A stretch of 64,000 nucleotides of DNA from a virus: IMG/VR virus record IMGVR_UViG_3300005918_000012. One strand, given 5' to 3'. A program made the translations under genes and the position numbers. Position 1 is the first letter of the stretch. Each line of letters starts with the position of its first letter. The notes under the pieces were generated by a model that was not told where the DNA came from, ran no database searches, and saw only the letters and a list, made by a program, of their open reading frames with translations. Below, piece by piece: positions 18,141-30,100 of the stretch.

Positions 18141-20578
18141 TGAGTAGTCCTATCAACCCAACATCTAATAATTCCGGGTATACAGGTGTCCCTTGGGGTT
18201 CTTTGATGGCTTCGGTAGCCAGACAAAAGAAACGTAAAAAAGATATGACCCCTGATAACAACTGGGGTCTGGGTACTGCTAAGGTTATCAATATCAACTA
18301 TGTTGAGATGTATGCCACTCTAAGAACTCTAACGGGAGCTTCACAGATTTTTGATAGAGTCCCCGTCCCTCTCACATTCCCTGGTATCGGAGCTCGTCAT
18401 TTTTTTGGAGCTATGCCTGAGATTGGTGATCGTTGTGTTATCGGGTGGATGGCTTCTGAGAGTATGTCCGTGGATAGTACTCGGACACCGGTTATCTTAT
18501 CTTGGTTACCTCAAGGCGTATGGACAGGGCAGGATTGGGTAACGGTCTCAGATTTCGGTCCTGATGAATATGACATCAATAACCCGAAAGATATGTCGAG
18601 TTTGCGGGGGGTTTACTCCCAAACTCGACACAAATTACGACATATCCAACCTGGTAATATCGTGGCTTCGTCTTCTCAAGGCTCTGATATGGTTTTGGAT
18701 GAGAGTGTGACTCTGGCCAATCGTCGAGGAAACGAGCTTATATTACGAGACCAAGATCAAGCTCTTGTGGCCAGAAGCCTTCAACAATTTCATGCTATGG
18801 CTGGGGCACGTATTTATGCCGGTATGGTCCAACGTGATGCTCGACTCCTGCCTGCAATGTGTGTATCTGACGGATACGAATGGGATAGTAAAACCCAAGC
18901 TTATGCAGGAGAAGCTATATCAGACAGCAATCTTCCTCCTGATCCTCAAGCAGGAGAAGGTTTTTATACTCCTTCTAAAATATTTCAAAGACGACAAACA
19001 ACCTTTGAAGATGGCAGCATAGCAGGTCGTCCTTTCCCAATACCATCTTATCTTGACCCCTACTCTTTCTTACAGAGGGGTGGGATCATTGATCATAGTG
19101 GTTACGTAGTAGAGGATAGTCATATCCCTGTAGTCAGTGATGCAGTATATGGCGGAAAACCTATCTTTAGAGTGGCTAATCAAGGACTTGAGAATGCCAC
19201 GACTCAACCTAACACCCCTACTTTGACAGAATACAGGATCGAAGTTGCTCACACATCAGATGGCCGTCTGCCCGTAACCGAACAGACGGACTTGTTTGAT
19301 GCTGAACGACTCTTGGACAGTACTCCTGAAACAGGGGGGTCGTCTGCAAACCAACCATTTATTGAATGGGTTATAGGTTCTGTAGTTGGTAATGACCCTT
19401 ATACTTCTAAAGGTCAATTAAGTTATGGCCTGCCCTTGGTCCCAATCATTTTTGACGGTGATGTCCCTGCTCCCAGATTGGAAGCAGCTAAAATCATGGC
19501 TACGAATGACGGCGGTACTTCAACTCCGATGAAAGATCAGGCAGCTATGTTGTTCAGGATGGCTCCCCCAGAGGGAGGTGCTGAAACATTCTGGTCTGTC
19601 AACAAACAAGGGCAATACCGAGGGTTCGTTGGTGGTGACGTTAAAAAGGATTCCGTCCACTTATACACTCAGGGGAATATGAAGATTGGATCTGGTGGTC
19701 GAGTAGACATCTATGCTTTAGGTGGTGTTCATTACCATGCTCTGGGCAAAGCCAGCTTGGAACTGAAATCTCCTGAAGGAGCAGTTACGATTTACGGTGG
19801 TGGTCCTATTAAGACTGCTGAAACCACAGTAGAACGTGCTTCTGGTACGGGTGGTGGAGAAGGTGATGTACCATCCGTAGACATCGGAGCTAAAACTAAC
19901 ATTCGAATACAGGCTGAGAAAAAGATTCTTCTGAAAAGTAACAACCACGAGACTCAGGCTACCAATGTAGCAATCACTGGCCATGAGAAAGTTGCTATCA
20001 ATGGTACGAAAACTATCAGTGAGACAACAGAGAATTATCAATTAACGGTCAGCTCACAGGCTTCTGAATCATACAGCGGACCAAAGTATTTAATGCCTAC
20101 TAATTTCCCACTCCACGAACGGGTTTATACGAGCCAATACCCTGGTTTCACAGGTGAAAAAGTCAAATACACTATGTGTGATCGTGAAGAAGAATTCAAG
20201 ATTCTCGGGAGTCACTCCACGAAGATGCAAATTGGAGATATGACGTATGAGACTAATTTAGGGAAGTGGTCGGCAAAGGCTCTGGCAAACTCTCTTGAAG
20301 TGGATTCCGCAGCAGGGATTACGGGTGAGGCCAAATTAGGAAATGTATCTTTCAAAGCATTAGTGGGCACAGCTACCCTGTCAGGGATGGCCTCGGCTAC
20401 CTTGGAAGCAAAAGCTGGTATAGCAACAGTTAGTGGTGGGACAGGTGTTACCTTGAGAGCTCCTGTTACGGGACCAGATCAGGGTCCAATTATCTGTGCA
20501 GGTTCTTTAGAACCTTTTACTAATCTGCCTTATACTACTTGGGGTATGGGTGCAAAAATGCATAATGTGACGGCTTAA
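18140..20578 (+). CDS. Central baseplate spike (gp5/gpV/VgrG C-terminal-like): OB fold + beta-strand repeats
   Basis: AKVININY...VPLTFPGIGARHFFGAMPEIGDRCVIGW is a gp5/gpV OB-fold signature; the C-terminal third is short alternating beta-strand repeats. Confidence 0.8.
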   Translation: MSSPINPTSNNSGYTGVPWGSLMASVARQKKRKKDMTPDNNWGLGTAKVININYVEMYATLRTLTGASQIFDRVPVPLTFPGIGARHFFGAMPEIGDRCVIGWMASESMSVDSTRTPVILSWLPQGVWTGQDWVTVSDFGPDEYDINNPKDMSSLRGVYSQTRHKLRHIQPGNIVASSSQGSDMVLDESVTLANRRGNELILRDQDQALVARSLQQFHAMAGARIYAGMVQRDARLLPAMCVSDGYEWDSKTQAYAGEAISDSNLPPDPQAGEGFYTPSKIFQRRQTTFEDGSIAGRPFPIPSYLDPYSFLQRGGIIDHSGYVVEDSHIPVVSDAVYGGKPIFRVANQGLENATTQPNTPTLTEYRIEVAHTSDGRLPVTEQTDLFDAERLLDSTPETGGSSANQPFIEWVIGSVVGNDPYTSKGQLSYGLPLVPIIFDGDVPAPRLEAAKIMATNDGGTSTPMKDQAAMLFRMAPPEGGAETFWSVNKQGQYRGFVGGDVKKDSVHLYTQGNMKIGSGGRVDIYALGGVHYHALGKASLELKSPEGAVTIYGGGPIKTAETTVERASGTGGGEGDVPSVDIGAKTNIRIQAEKKILLKSNNHETQATNVAITGHEKVAINGTKTISETTENYQLTVSSQASESYSGPKYLMPTNFPLHERVYTSQYPGFTGEKVKYTMCDREEEFKILGSHSTKMQIGDMTYETNLGKWSAKALANSLEVDSAAGITGEAKLGNVSFKALVGTATLSGMASATLEAKAGIATVSGGTGVTLRAPVTGPDQGPIICAGSLEPFTNLPYTTWGMGAKMHNVTA

Positions 20579-20580
20579 TT

Positions 20581-21183
20581 ATGGCTATTAACTCAGGAAT
20601 TATTACAGCAGCTTTGATCTCAAACCGAATGTCGGGAGGACTCCCGATGAGCGGGCCTGCCTTTGACAAGTTGGCTTTGGGTATCGGAATAGCTGTTCAA
20701 ACTTGGGGTGTTGGGAATCAATCAAATTTAGGTTTAATTGGAGCCACAACGGGTACAGTAGGAGCAGGGATTATAAATCCTGTCACAACTAAGTTAGTTG
20801 TACCTCCGGCAATGCCGGTTGTGTTACTTGCTTTGATAGGAGCTGGGATGGTTGGACCTTTAACTCAGCCTTTGGCTGCTATAGTAGCACTGGGGATTTC
20901 TCAGTCTTTTACAATATCAGCTCAGTATGCTGGTCCTTCGGCAGGAGTAGGTTTGGGAGCAGACGTTTCAAAAATCACGACCTCTAACGGGTCTACTTTA
21001 ATTACGGCTTTAATGAATGCCCTGACGGCAACTTCTGGTTCAGGTTCTGGTTTGTCAATTATGGCAACGGGTCTTGGAAATGGGATTGCTAATTTACTTA
21101 TGCTTGGAGCAGGTATAGGTTCTGTAAATGGACCCCCAGCCCCCGCACCTGGTGCAGGAACTTCAAAAAGTATGGTGGTATAG
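20581..21183 (+). CDS. Gly/Ala-rich spike-adjacent protein made of three internal repeats
   Basis: Three ~60-74-aa units (helix, G.G, helix LA.G.G.GI, Gly-rich hairpin GAG...K); almost no charged residues; directly after the spike. Confidence 0.6.
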   Translation: MAINSGIITAALISNRMSGGLPMSGPAFDKLALGIGIAVQTWGVGNQSNLGLIGATTGTVGAGIINPVTTKLVVPPAMPVVLLALIGAGMVGPLTQPLAAIVALGISQSFTISAQYAGPSAGVGLGADVSKITTSNGSTLITALMNALTATSGSGSGLSIMATGLGNGIANLLMLGAGIGSVNGPPAPAPGAGTSKSMVV

Positions 21184-24100
21184 ATGAGTTTCCAATTTGA
21201 CGGAAAAGTATTAGAAGGTGTACGGCAATCCCCAGTGAATGCTGCCACCACAGATGAACCTGGAACGGCAGTTATCCAAGATATCCGACCTCTGCCCCAA
21301 ACTTTTGAATTAGATGCCCCGGATTTGGTGTCTGTAGCTGCCGATCAGTATCGGGTAGCTGCTTTGGACACCCCTGGTTCAACCGTTATGGAGTATTTAG
21401 TTTGGGCACAGAATTCAGCTCAGTTAGCAACTGTTGATAACCCTGATTGGTGGACAGATGGTGGCACTGGTGAGGTACCTACTGGAGATTTAGATGTTAT
21501 TGCTTACCCTGCTACAGTTGATGAGGTTACACATACTGACGGGACGGCTAATGTTGTCATCGAGGATGAAGGAAATCGGAGCATTGGGTCTATTTTATGG
21601 CTCGTAGTTGCTCGTGGTGACGTGGAATACGATGATGACGGTTGGGTAGACTCCGATGATCCTACACAAGGCAGAGAAGGAGATAACCCTTACCTTTTCT
21701 GGCAGATTAATACTGCAAATCAGAACCCTGTATCTGGGATGGTTACTCTGACTCCTGCTCAATTAGTTCTTTTGGATGGAGGTCTTTCCATTGAACGTGG
21801 TGATAGGATTGTCAAAGTTGGATACACAGTAGCTCCCCCGAGGTTCTGGTGGACTCGTAACGACCGGTATGAACAGCGTTTCGGATGGAACGGTTCAACC
21901 CAGCGGTGGGAACCTTGGAAAGGTTCTGGGGTCAAAGAGTTGGGGTATCTTCTTTTAGATGAAGCCTCTTTCACGTTGAGTCCAAAAATCCAAAACCTCC
22001 CAGTTGGAGCAATTCTTCCGGGTGATGGCACACCTTCAGGTGCTGATAAATACTCAATGATCCGACTCGGTTCTGATCCCGGAGTAAATTCAACTCCGGC
22101 AGCTCCAAGTGATGAGTGGGCAGGCATTATGGTTAAACTTGATGATGCCGTTGAGGATTTCGATTTCAGTCAAGCCGGCACTCTGATTGCCGTTATGGGT
22201 CAGACCAATGGAAAACTGGTATTTAACCCGGCTTATGTGCTGCTTAATGCCGGAAATAAGATATGGTACTCATACAAGAGTTTTAATGCTGATGAGGATG
22301 GTGTCATAGGGAGCATTCAAGATGCTCGAACAGATGATTTGTATCTGGCTCCATTGCCTGGTCCAACTGATGCTCCACTCCTTCGGTACGGCAATCGGAC
22401 GTACCTTGATGCCGTGACGTTCAATACTGACGGTGAGATGGATGCCGCTGGTGATCCTGACGAGGGTCAGATATATTTGTCCTTATCAACTGGACGGTTG
22501 GTACTTAGTTACGTTGATCTCGGTAAAGTTGATCCTGATAATACTGCTACATTTTCTAAATACTATTTTGGAAACAAAGTGGTCTACGATGGAGTAGCTC
22601 TCTGTCAACGTCCTCAGCCGACAAAATCTCCTGTTCGTTTAGTAAATGCAGCAGGGAATCTCACAATAGATGCCTCTGATGCATACCTCCCAGATTCAGA
22701 AACATTACCGGACAGTTATAATCCTTCTGATTGGAACGATGCTTATAGAGGTTTGGGTGTCTCTGGGATATTACAAGTTCCCGATGAGTTGGGTGCTTTA
22801 CCCCAACTCCCAACTGGGGGTAGAGAAGTCCCAGTTCGACCAGGTGGTGATAACTATGATGATGGAACTAAAGACCCGAACATTGGGATGGTGAGAGCAT
22901 TAAAAGATACCGTAAGTGATACTATCATCTTTGGTAGGGATTATGCTGTTGCCGAAGTCATCCCTTACAGAATCCCAGATGACAAACCTTCAAAGATTCG
23001 TAGCCCACAGGCTTACGTCTGTCTTCAAAAAGATCCTAGTGACCAAGGTTCTGAAGTTCAATTTAGCCATACAGATGCCCATCGATTGAGTGGTGATTAT
23101 ATTTATTTTCTCCAAGCAGCTCTGACTCCTGCTATTTTTTCAATAGAAGCTAAGATTTATTCCCGGAACAGAGACATCTTCCGTTTCGATGGAGATGAGA
23201 TTTTTTATTTTAATGTGGATTCAGCAGATTATAGCTGGGACCCAGTTGCTTTGATGGCAGCTAATCCTGATAATACCTATTTCACGGCAGAGGAAGTAGC
23301 CGAGGATATGGCTACGGGTGCTCCTGTAACCGCTATGAATGGTCGGATTATTATCACTGGGGCGGTCTCGGTTGAGATTGGTTTCGGTGGGACTGATAAA
23401 GACCTCTCCGGTGCTACAGCCTTGGGATTCCTCCCCGGTTGGAAAGCTGTTGAGGGTGTCTCTTGTTGGTTACCTGATTCTGGGGTTAGTGTAGGTTTAT
23501 CTCGAAGTCCTGTTAATCTGGATAAATCGAAATCAACCTGTGATTTTTCTTATGTCGGGCGTGTCCAAGATGGTATTTTGAGTGATGGCTTACAGCCGAA
23601 TCCTTATTTCTTTTTCATCAATGCACCCTTACAAGATATTGCTGGGTACGATGACAATCTATTCTTCCGCTTGATAAGTTATATCGTTGATGGAGATGCT
23701 GTTAGAGTCGTCTTTAAGACTTTAGATCATTACAAGGACATCATCTATCGGTTCGGCCAGAAGAAGTTTGATTGGGTTGCTGAAGATTCTTATGTCCAAC
23801 CTGTCGAGCAGGCTCTTAACACCCTGACATTAGGGAATGTTGGGGTTGTCCCCGAAGCTATGGTCGGAGCTCCTGGGATTGGTGGTGGTCTGTATGTGAA
23901 TTCTGGGGAAGGTGGTTTTGTTCTTCAAGCTCAGGATGACGATTATATCCTACCGTTTGAGGGTGCCCCCGGAAATGCAACATTGATTCATCGGTTTGGT
24001 AGAAGAGTTCAGTTTGGTGCTCAAGGATCGTTCTCCGCCGGATCAGATCAATTTATAGATAACACCGTAGACTTCACAGACCCTGAAAAGGAAGTGCTTT

Positions 24101-27100
24101 CAGGTTATAGGCTCAAGATCACCAATGGGGATGCTGAAGGTTCATATTATATCACGGCTGTTACAGAACATACCCTGACGGTTACCCCCTCCTTCTTATG
24201 GGCTTCCGATCAGCCTGCTGCCTGGGAGTTGTTTGAGGGTTATACTAAAGATACTTACGACCCAATGGTCGTAGCTGATATGCTATATCAAGAATTCAAC
24301 CCCTTAACAGAAGAACCTTTTCAGATTCGAACATTGTCGTATGTAGGTAGGGTTCTTCCTGATTCTGCAACACAAGCAGCAAACCAATTAAAAGCCAATA
24401 TCCAAGGAGCTTTGTCCAGTGGCCGACCCATTAATGTGCGGTACGGAGCTGTAGCCCCGACTGATTCAAACACCGTTGCTTTAACTTGGCTGACGAAAAC
24501 TGATTTAGGGGTTATGGAAAATGGTTTGTTGATATTACCTGACGTAACTTCTCTCAGGTTTACCCAAGAAGCATTCAGCATTCAAGTTGGGACGGTCATA
24601 TTCTCTCATGGTGACCCAATACACCCCTTAGTAGGTGTTTCGGCCTTCAGCGTCGACCCTGGAGCTTCTATAGAGTATCTGACGGTAGATACTGAGTTCC
24701 CAAAAGGGCAGTTGAAGTTTGGTACTGAGGTTCTGGGAGCATATGCAGAGAGTCATGTTTTAGTTAATGATGATTTCCTTCCAGCAACGGAATTGGCTTC
24801 TTTACACGGTGAGATAAGTCCTTTGACAGGCCAGCTCAATTTATCTGAAGTTGACCTTCTAAGTTTTGCCGGAGAGAGAGCTTACTTCGTCGAGCAGATG
24901 GATACTCAGGAAGACCTTTCTGTTCAACCTATGAGCGGTAGTGTTGCTTTCCTTCGGCCTTTACCCAAGGGTGTGTTGGTTGAGATGGTGTATTATGCTG
25001 CTGACCTCGAAGGCCGTAAAGTACAATATCCTGTCCTTCGATTGGACGGGACTCCCGTACAAGATCAAACAGAAACTCGTCAGATCACAGAATTCCTGCC
25101 AGTGTTTATCCGAGACGAAGTGGCTGAACGAGAAACAGATCGAATCTTTTACTTCAATACGGACTATAATACTGTTTACTCTGACATTGACCCGATCATT
25201 TACATCAGATCCGCCCAGCAAAACTATAATGAAACCAACTGCTTAGTTGATTATATGCCAGATGGCAGAGGCCGATTGACGTTTATTACGTATGATGTTA
25301 CTTCCGATGTGAATGTTAAAGTTACATATGCTGTGGCAGAGTCTCAGGGTGGAGAACGTGCATACGAAACCAGCACGAAACCAGTCTATCGTCCACCTTT
25401 CTTCATTACAGCCGATCAGAACAGATTTGGTTTACACGGAGATAGAGAGAATGAGTTTGAAGCAGGCCAACTGCTCAGGTTTGGCAAAGAGAATTTCTAT
25501 GTAAAAGGAACTAAGTATTACCCAGAGGTATCCGATTCGGATGGGAACGTCACAGGAGATATTACCGCTGTTTATATTTTCCCTCAGACTATTCAGGAAG
25601 TCGGGAGTCGAGCTCCTGCTCGTGACGTTCTGACCTTGAAAACTCTGATGCCTATTACTCCCGTAGTTGATCCTAATGGAGATGTAGTTGGACCGAATGG
25701 AGAAGCAATAGCAGTCACGACAACGGCAGCCTTGGGGTTGATGTTTGAGGTAAGTATTATAGAGTATCCGTTCGAGCCGATCAATCGTGGTCAGACAGAC
25801 ATTGCATTCAAAGGAAATCTGACAAGTTTAGCTGTCCCCGGCCATATCCTTGAGTTCGGTGGTATCCCTTATACTATTGCTGGAGCTGAATTGTCTGATG
25901 ATGGTTCACGAACAGTTATTTCGATTGCAACCGGTATCCGACAGGCTTTCACTGTGGCAGATGACCCCACCGTTCGACTCACATGTCGTCCTGTATATCC
26001 TCCTAACGTGGTGGATTTGCTGGGGGTTGGGCAGTTTGTTCCTGAAGAAGGGTATGAGCTGGTTCAGTATGGGTTGACAGATGGAGATGATAATGTTCTT
26101 CCGGGGAAAACCTTGGTAGACACTGTGGATTATGCCTTTGATCTCTCTAATGGTTTGGTGACGCTCTTAGCTCCTATCCAAGAGCCTTTGAATGCTCCCG
26201 AGTCATTGAAGATGTCCTTTGTCAGGCTTCGGCAGTTAGCCCCTTACGTTCAAGAGGGTGCTATTATCAGGCCGACATATTCAGCAACCTATCAGAATAT
26301 AATAACCCCGAGTGAAGACAACGGGTTATTGGGGGCTACATTACAAGGACGATACACGTTCCGTAACCCTGACTCATTCTATTTCCGAATTGTTCCAATG
26401 ACTCAGTTCCTCGTTGAAGTGACTGAAGAAGTCATTAAGGAAATCACGAGTAAGCAGGCAGCCAGCGGAGCTCCTCAATCTGGTGGTGGGGATGATAACT
26501 GGCAGCAGGGTCGGATAGGTTTGAAATCTGAACGACGACACCTGATGAACAAAGATCGAATGGCTCGAACATTCTTAGATTTTTACAATACGACGACCAA
26601 TGCTTTTGAGCAATTTAGAGAAACCATATCAGGAGAGTTGGTTGGGGATCGTGATGGCAAGTTCCGATTCTGGATTGGCAAAGGAAATGAATGGCCGACT
26701 CCGGGTTATGAGGATGAGATCACGGGTGCTTTGACACCTCGAAATATTTTCACTGAGGTCTTTACCTCTCGGGCTGAGGGTTACGTTTACATACAGCCTT
26801 ATGATGCTTTGGTAGAACCTCAGTCCTTTGAGGTTTCAGGCTCTGAAATGACCGGTAAAGTTGTGAATATTGATGAACTTCATAGTATGATGGATGAGCA
26901 ACGTGATCTCGTAGCAAATGAGGTTGATGATATTGTTATGAGTCGGTACGATGCCATCTTCAAATGGAAAACAGGTTGGCCTTTCTATTCTTTCATTCTG
27001 AAAGGCCAGTTCTATTGGATGTATCAGACTCAGAAGTTCTCTCGGTTGTTCCCTTTGTTTACAAGAACATTCCTCAGAACGAATCCGGGAATCGATGCTG

Positions 27101-30100
27101 ATCTGGATGCTCAAGAAGTAGGCTTCTATTCGGCAGGGCGTTATGACTCTGAAGATGAGTATCAGAAAACAACGGGTAATACGATTGCCCAGTTAGCTAA
27201 TCCTGTAGTAGGGGATATAACTTCTGTCAAGTCCTTGTTCTTGAAGAAACGAAAAGCCCGTGCAAGAGTCTGGCAGTATTTCCCGAATGGTGTTCCAGCT
27301 GCTGCTTTCAGCCCAACCTCACCTGAAATTACTTCACCGTGTTTGATTGCTACGCCCGGTTGGATCAGTGATTTCCCAATAGACCCGACCACAGGGTTCC
27401 CTAACATATCACAATTCCTCATTAATAACGGGGACATACCTGATATTGAGACTGGTGATCCTGAGATGGCCGTCCCTCCGTTTGAAATTGGTGATCAGAT
27501 TGCTTGGGGCAAACCGACAGGTAGAGTATATGATGCTTTCTGCGGGTCTAAAAAAACAGATGGTGATTTTACAGGCTTATACGTTGAGAGTGTTCTCTAT
27601 GGGTGTGTCATTACATTCATGGATGTTGATGATGTGCTGATAACTGATCCAAATAACATCTTAGTTGGAACCAATGCTCAAACAGGTTTTCCTGCCGATG
27701 GGTTTATAGAACTGGGAGACACCGTTCAATCAATAGATATTTCAGGGACTGTTGAGATCAGCAATCCTCCTACTACTGAGGATATGGAACTGGTAGCTGC
27801 TAATCAGAGTAATTACCGACCAGGGTTCGATTTCCAGTACACTCAGGATGGTCAGATACTGGATGTAACATTACCTTCGAAAGACGACCCTCATTTCTGG
27901 CATTTGAAAGAGATGTTGGGACAGAACCCAATACCACCTTTGACTTGTTTAGACGGAGCCGTTGAATTTTACTATGACGGCCAGAACCCTCTATTGATTC
28001 CTGCCTTAGAAGGAGATCCCCAAGATGACTCCGGAGATTTTCATATTCCATTCCTGCAGGTGAAGAATACAGAACTAGACCGGTTCAACGAAGGTTCCAT
28101 TATTGCTGACAGTTTGAAACAAGATAACTTGGGTGTCGGCCTCTATCCTAACGAATGGTTGGGGAATGACGGCACAGTGACGACAATCCCCGCAGTTAAT
28201 CCCGGTCAAGAGAATATTGTTCCTGACGACCAGCCAGCTGCTTTACTGACTACGACAGATGTAGACCCTGCAACATTACCTCCGGGGTCGGCTAATCTTG
28301 ATGAATATGACCTGTTGTTTACCCAAGTGCAAGGGACAAGTCCTTTCACAACTAATGGGTTGGTAACTCCTGATCCAGGAGCAATGGGGATTCTTTCCGT
28401 AGGGCGGATAACTCCACGGAATGGGGCTTGGACACTTTCAAATGACGGCCAGCTCCCAACTGAAACTGGAGAAGGTTCTATGATCGAACCTCCACGGTTT
28501 GTAACTCAAACCAAAGATGGCTCTCCGATTCGGTACAAGATCGAAAATGCCATGGTGAGTGAAGAAAACACAGGTTCGTTGATTGGTATTAAGTTACGTA
28601 CTTACGATGCTGCCGCTCTGGCCACACATTATATGGTGTTGGATTTCACTGATATCAATATTGACATGAGTGGTTTGGATGCTATTTACAATGCTTCATC
28701 AAACAACACAATCACCGTTAAGCTCCTTTCACACGATGACTCGGCTGCTATTGTTGGTCCGGGTGGAGTACCAGCTCCAATCCCAGGTTCAGTATTACTG
28801 ACACTAGGGATTCAACAAAGCACAGGTCTGACAGTTACGAACTATACTGACCCTCCAGTAACGACCACGAACTTAACTAATGCCCAGTTCGGTGTGGACG
28901 GTGCTGTCATTGGGGCACTCTTGGGTGTAGACCCAGCGGATTACATTATTGGTAACGCTCGGTATGTCCTGCTGACTTTCAGTACCCTTACAACTCCTGT
29001 GGTGGATTTGATCTGGGATGTGCCGAACCCTCCTGTAGCTACAAGTACTCGTCCTGATTGGTTTATTCCTTATGGGGTGTCTGATTACTTGGGTGACCTT
29101 TATACCGAAGCAGATTACGGGATGGATTTTGTATTTGATGTGGACACCTACAATATAGCAGGGACGCTCGGAGAATCCACGACAGCTTATATTGGTTCTG
29201 ACCGCTTAACCTTCAATGAGGGCATTGATTTCAGCAAGGCTGAGGGACGTGGAGCAGTTCATCCCTTGAATCCTCTTACTGAGTTGGAAACTTTGTTATC
29301 TATTTATGAAGTGACTGTTGGACATAATAGTGTTCCGACCGTATATGCTTCAACTATCAACACATTCTGTAACGGTGATAATGGTGGGCTGCCCGTACCT
29401 TTCACTTTCCTTCCACGGGATGGTGTTGTAGGAGTCTTTGGCTCACTCGTCGTTCATGGATTTGAGGGTTATGACGGAGCTACAGGGAATATTCCTGTCA
29501 TCGGTAATCTGGCTACTTTCTCAGGAGCTGCTTCAAACAATAAAACTGCAACCTCCCTTCCTATTTGTGAGGGTACTGGATTGATGGAGAGTACTTTCTC
29601 AGGTATAACTGATGCCGAACTCTATGATAATAAGGTGTCAGATGCTATTATTACTGTGGGGGATGTTTCTCAGATAGAGTCTGGTGACATTCTAGTTATC
29701 AAACAAGACGTAAATGGGGAAGCTACAACTAAGGCTGGAACTTACCTTGTTCGACACGGTATTCCACAACATGATTCGGTAGGTTCCCCTACTGATGAGT
29801 GGTGGTGGTCAGCCCCTTCGTCAGTAGCAGATAATGAAACCGGCTGGTGTCCAGTTCATTTCCCCACCGTGGTTAGTTATGATGACGGAACTCATCAATT
29901 AACCATATCTGATCCAGCTCTTATCAGGCCGTTAGAGAGTGGGGTGAATTCTGAATTCCCGATTGGACACGAATATGGATTCCCAGAACCTGCAGCAGTA
30001 CCTACACCTGGTAATTATACGTTCGTGTATATTATCAGGAATGTTTCAGGTCTTTCGACAGCTGATCCAGGTGGTACTCTTGGTGATGTTGATTTTGATG

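Noticed and set aside
21181-21186. TAG directly before the giant's ATG as evidence of amber stop reassignment
   Set aside because: Genes of up to 11.6 kb are open under the standard code with near-complete coding density; TAG also ends the 61443 gene normally.
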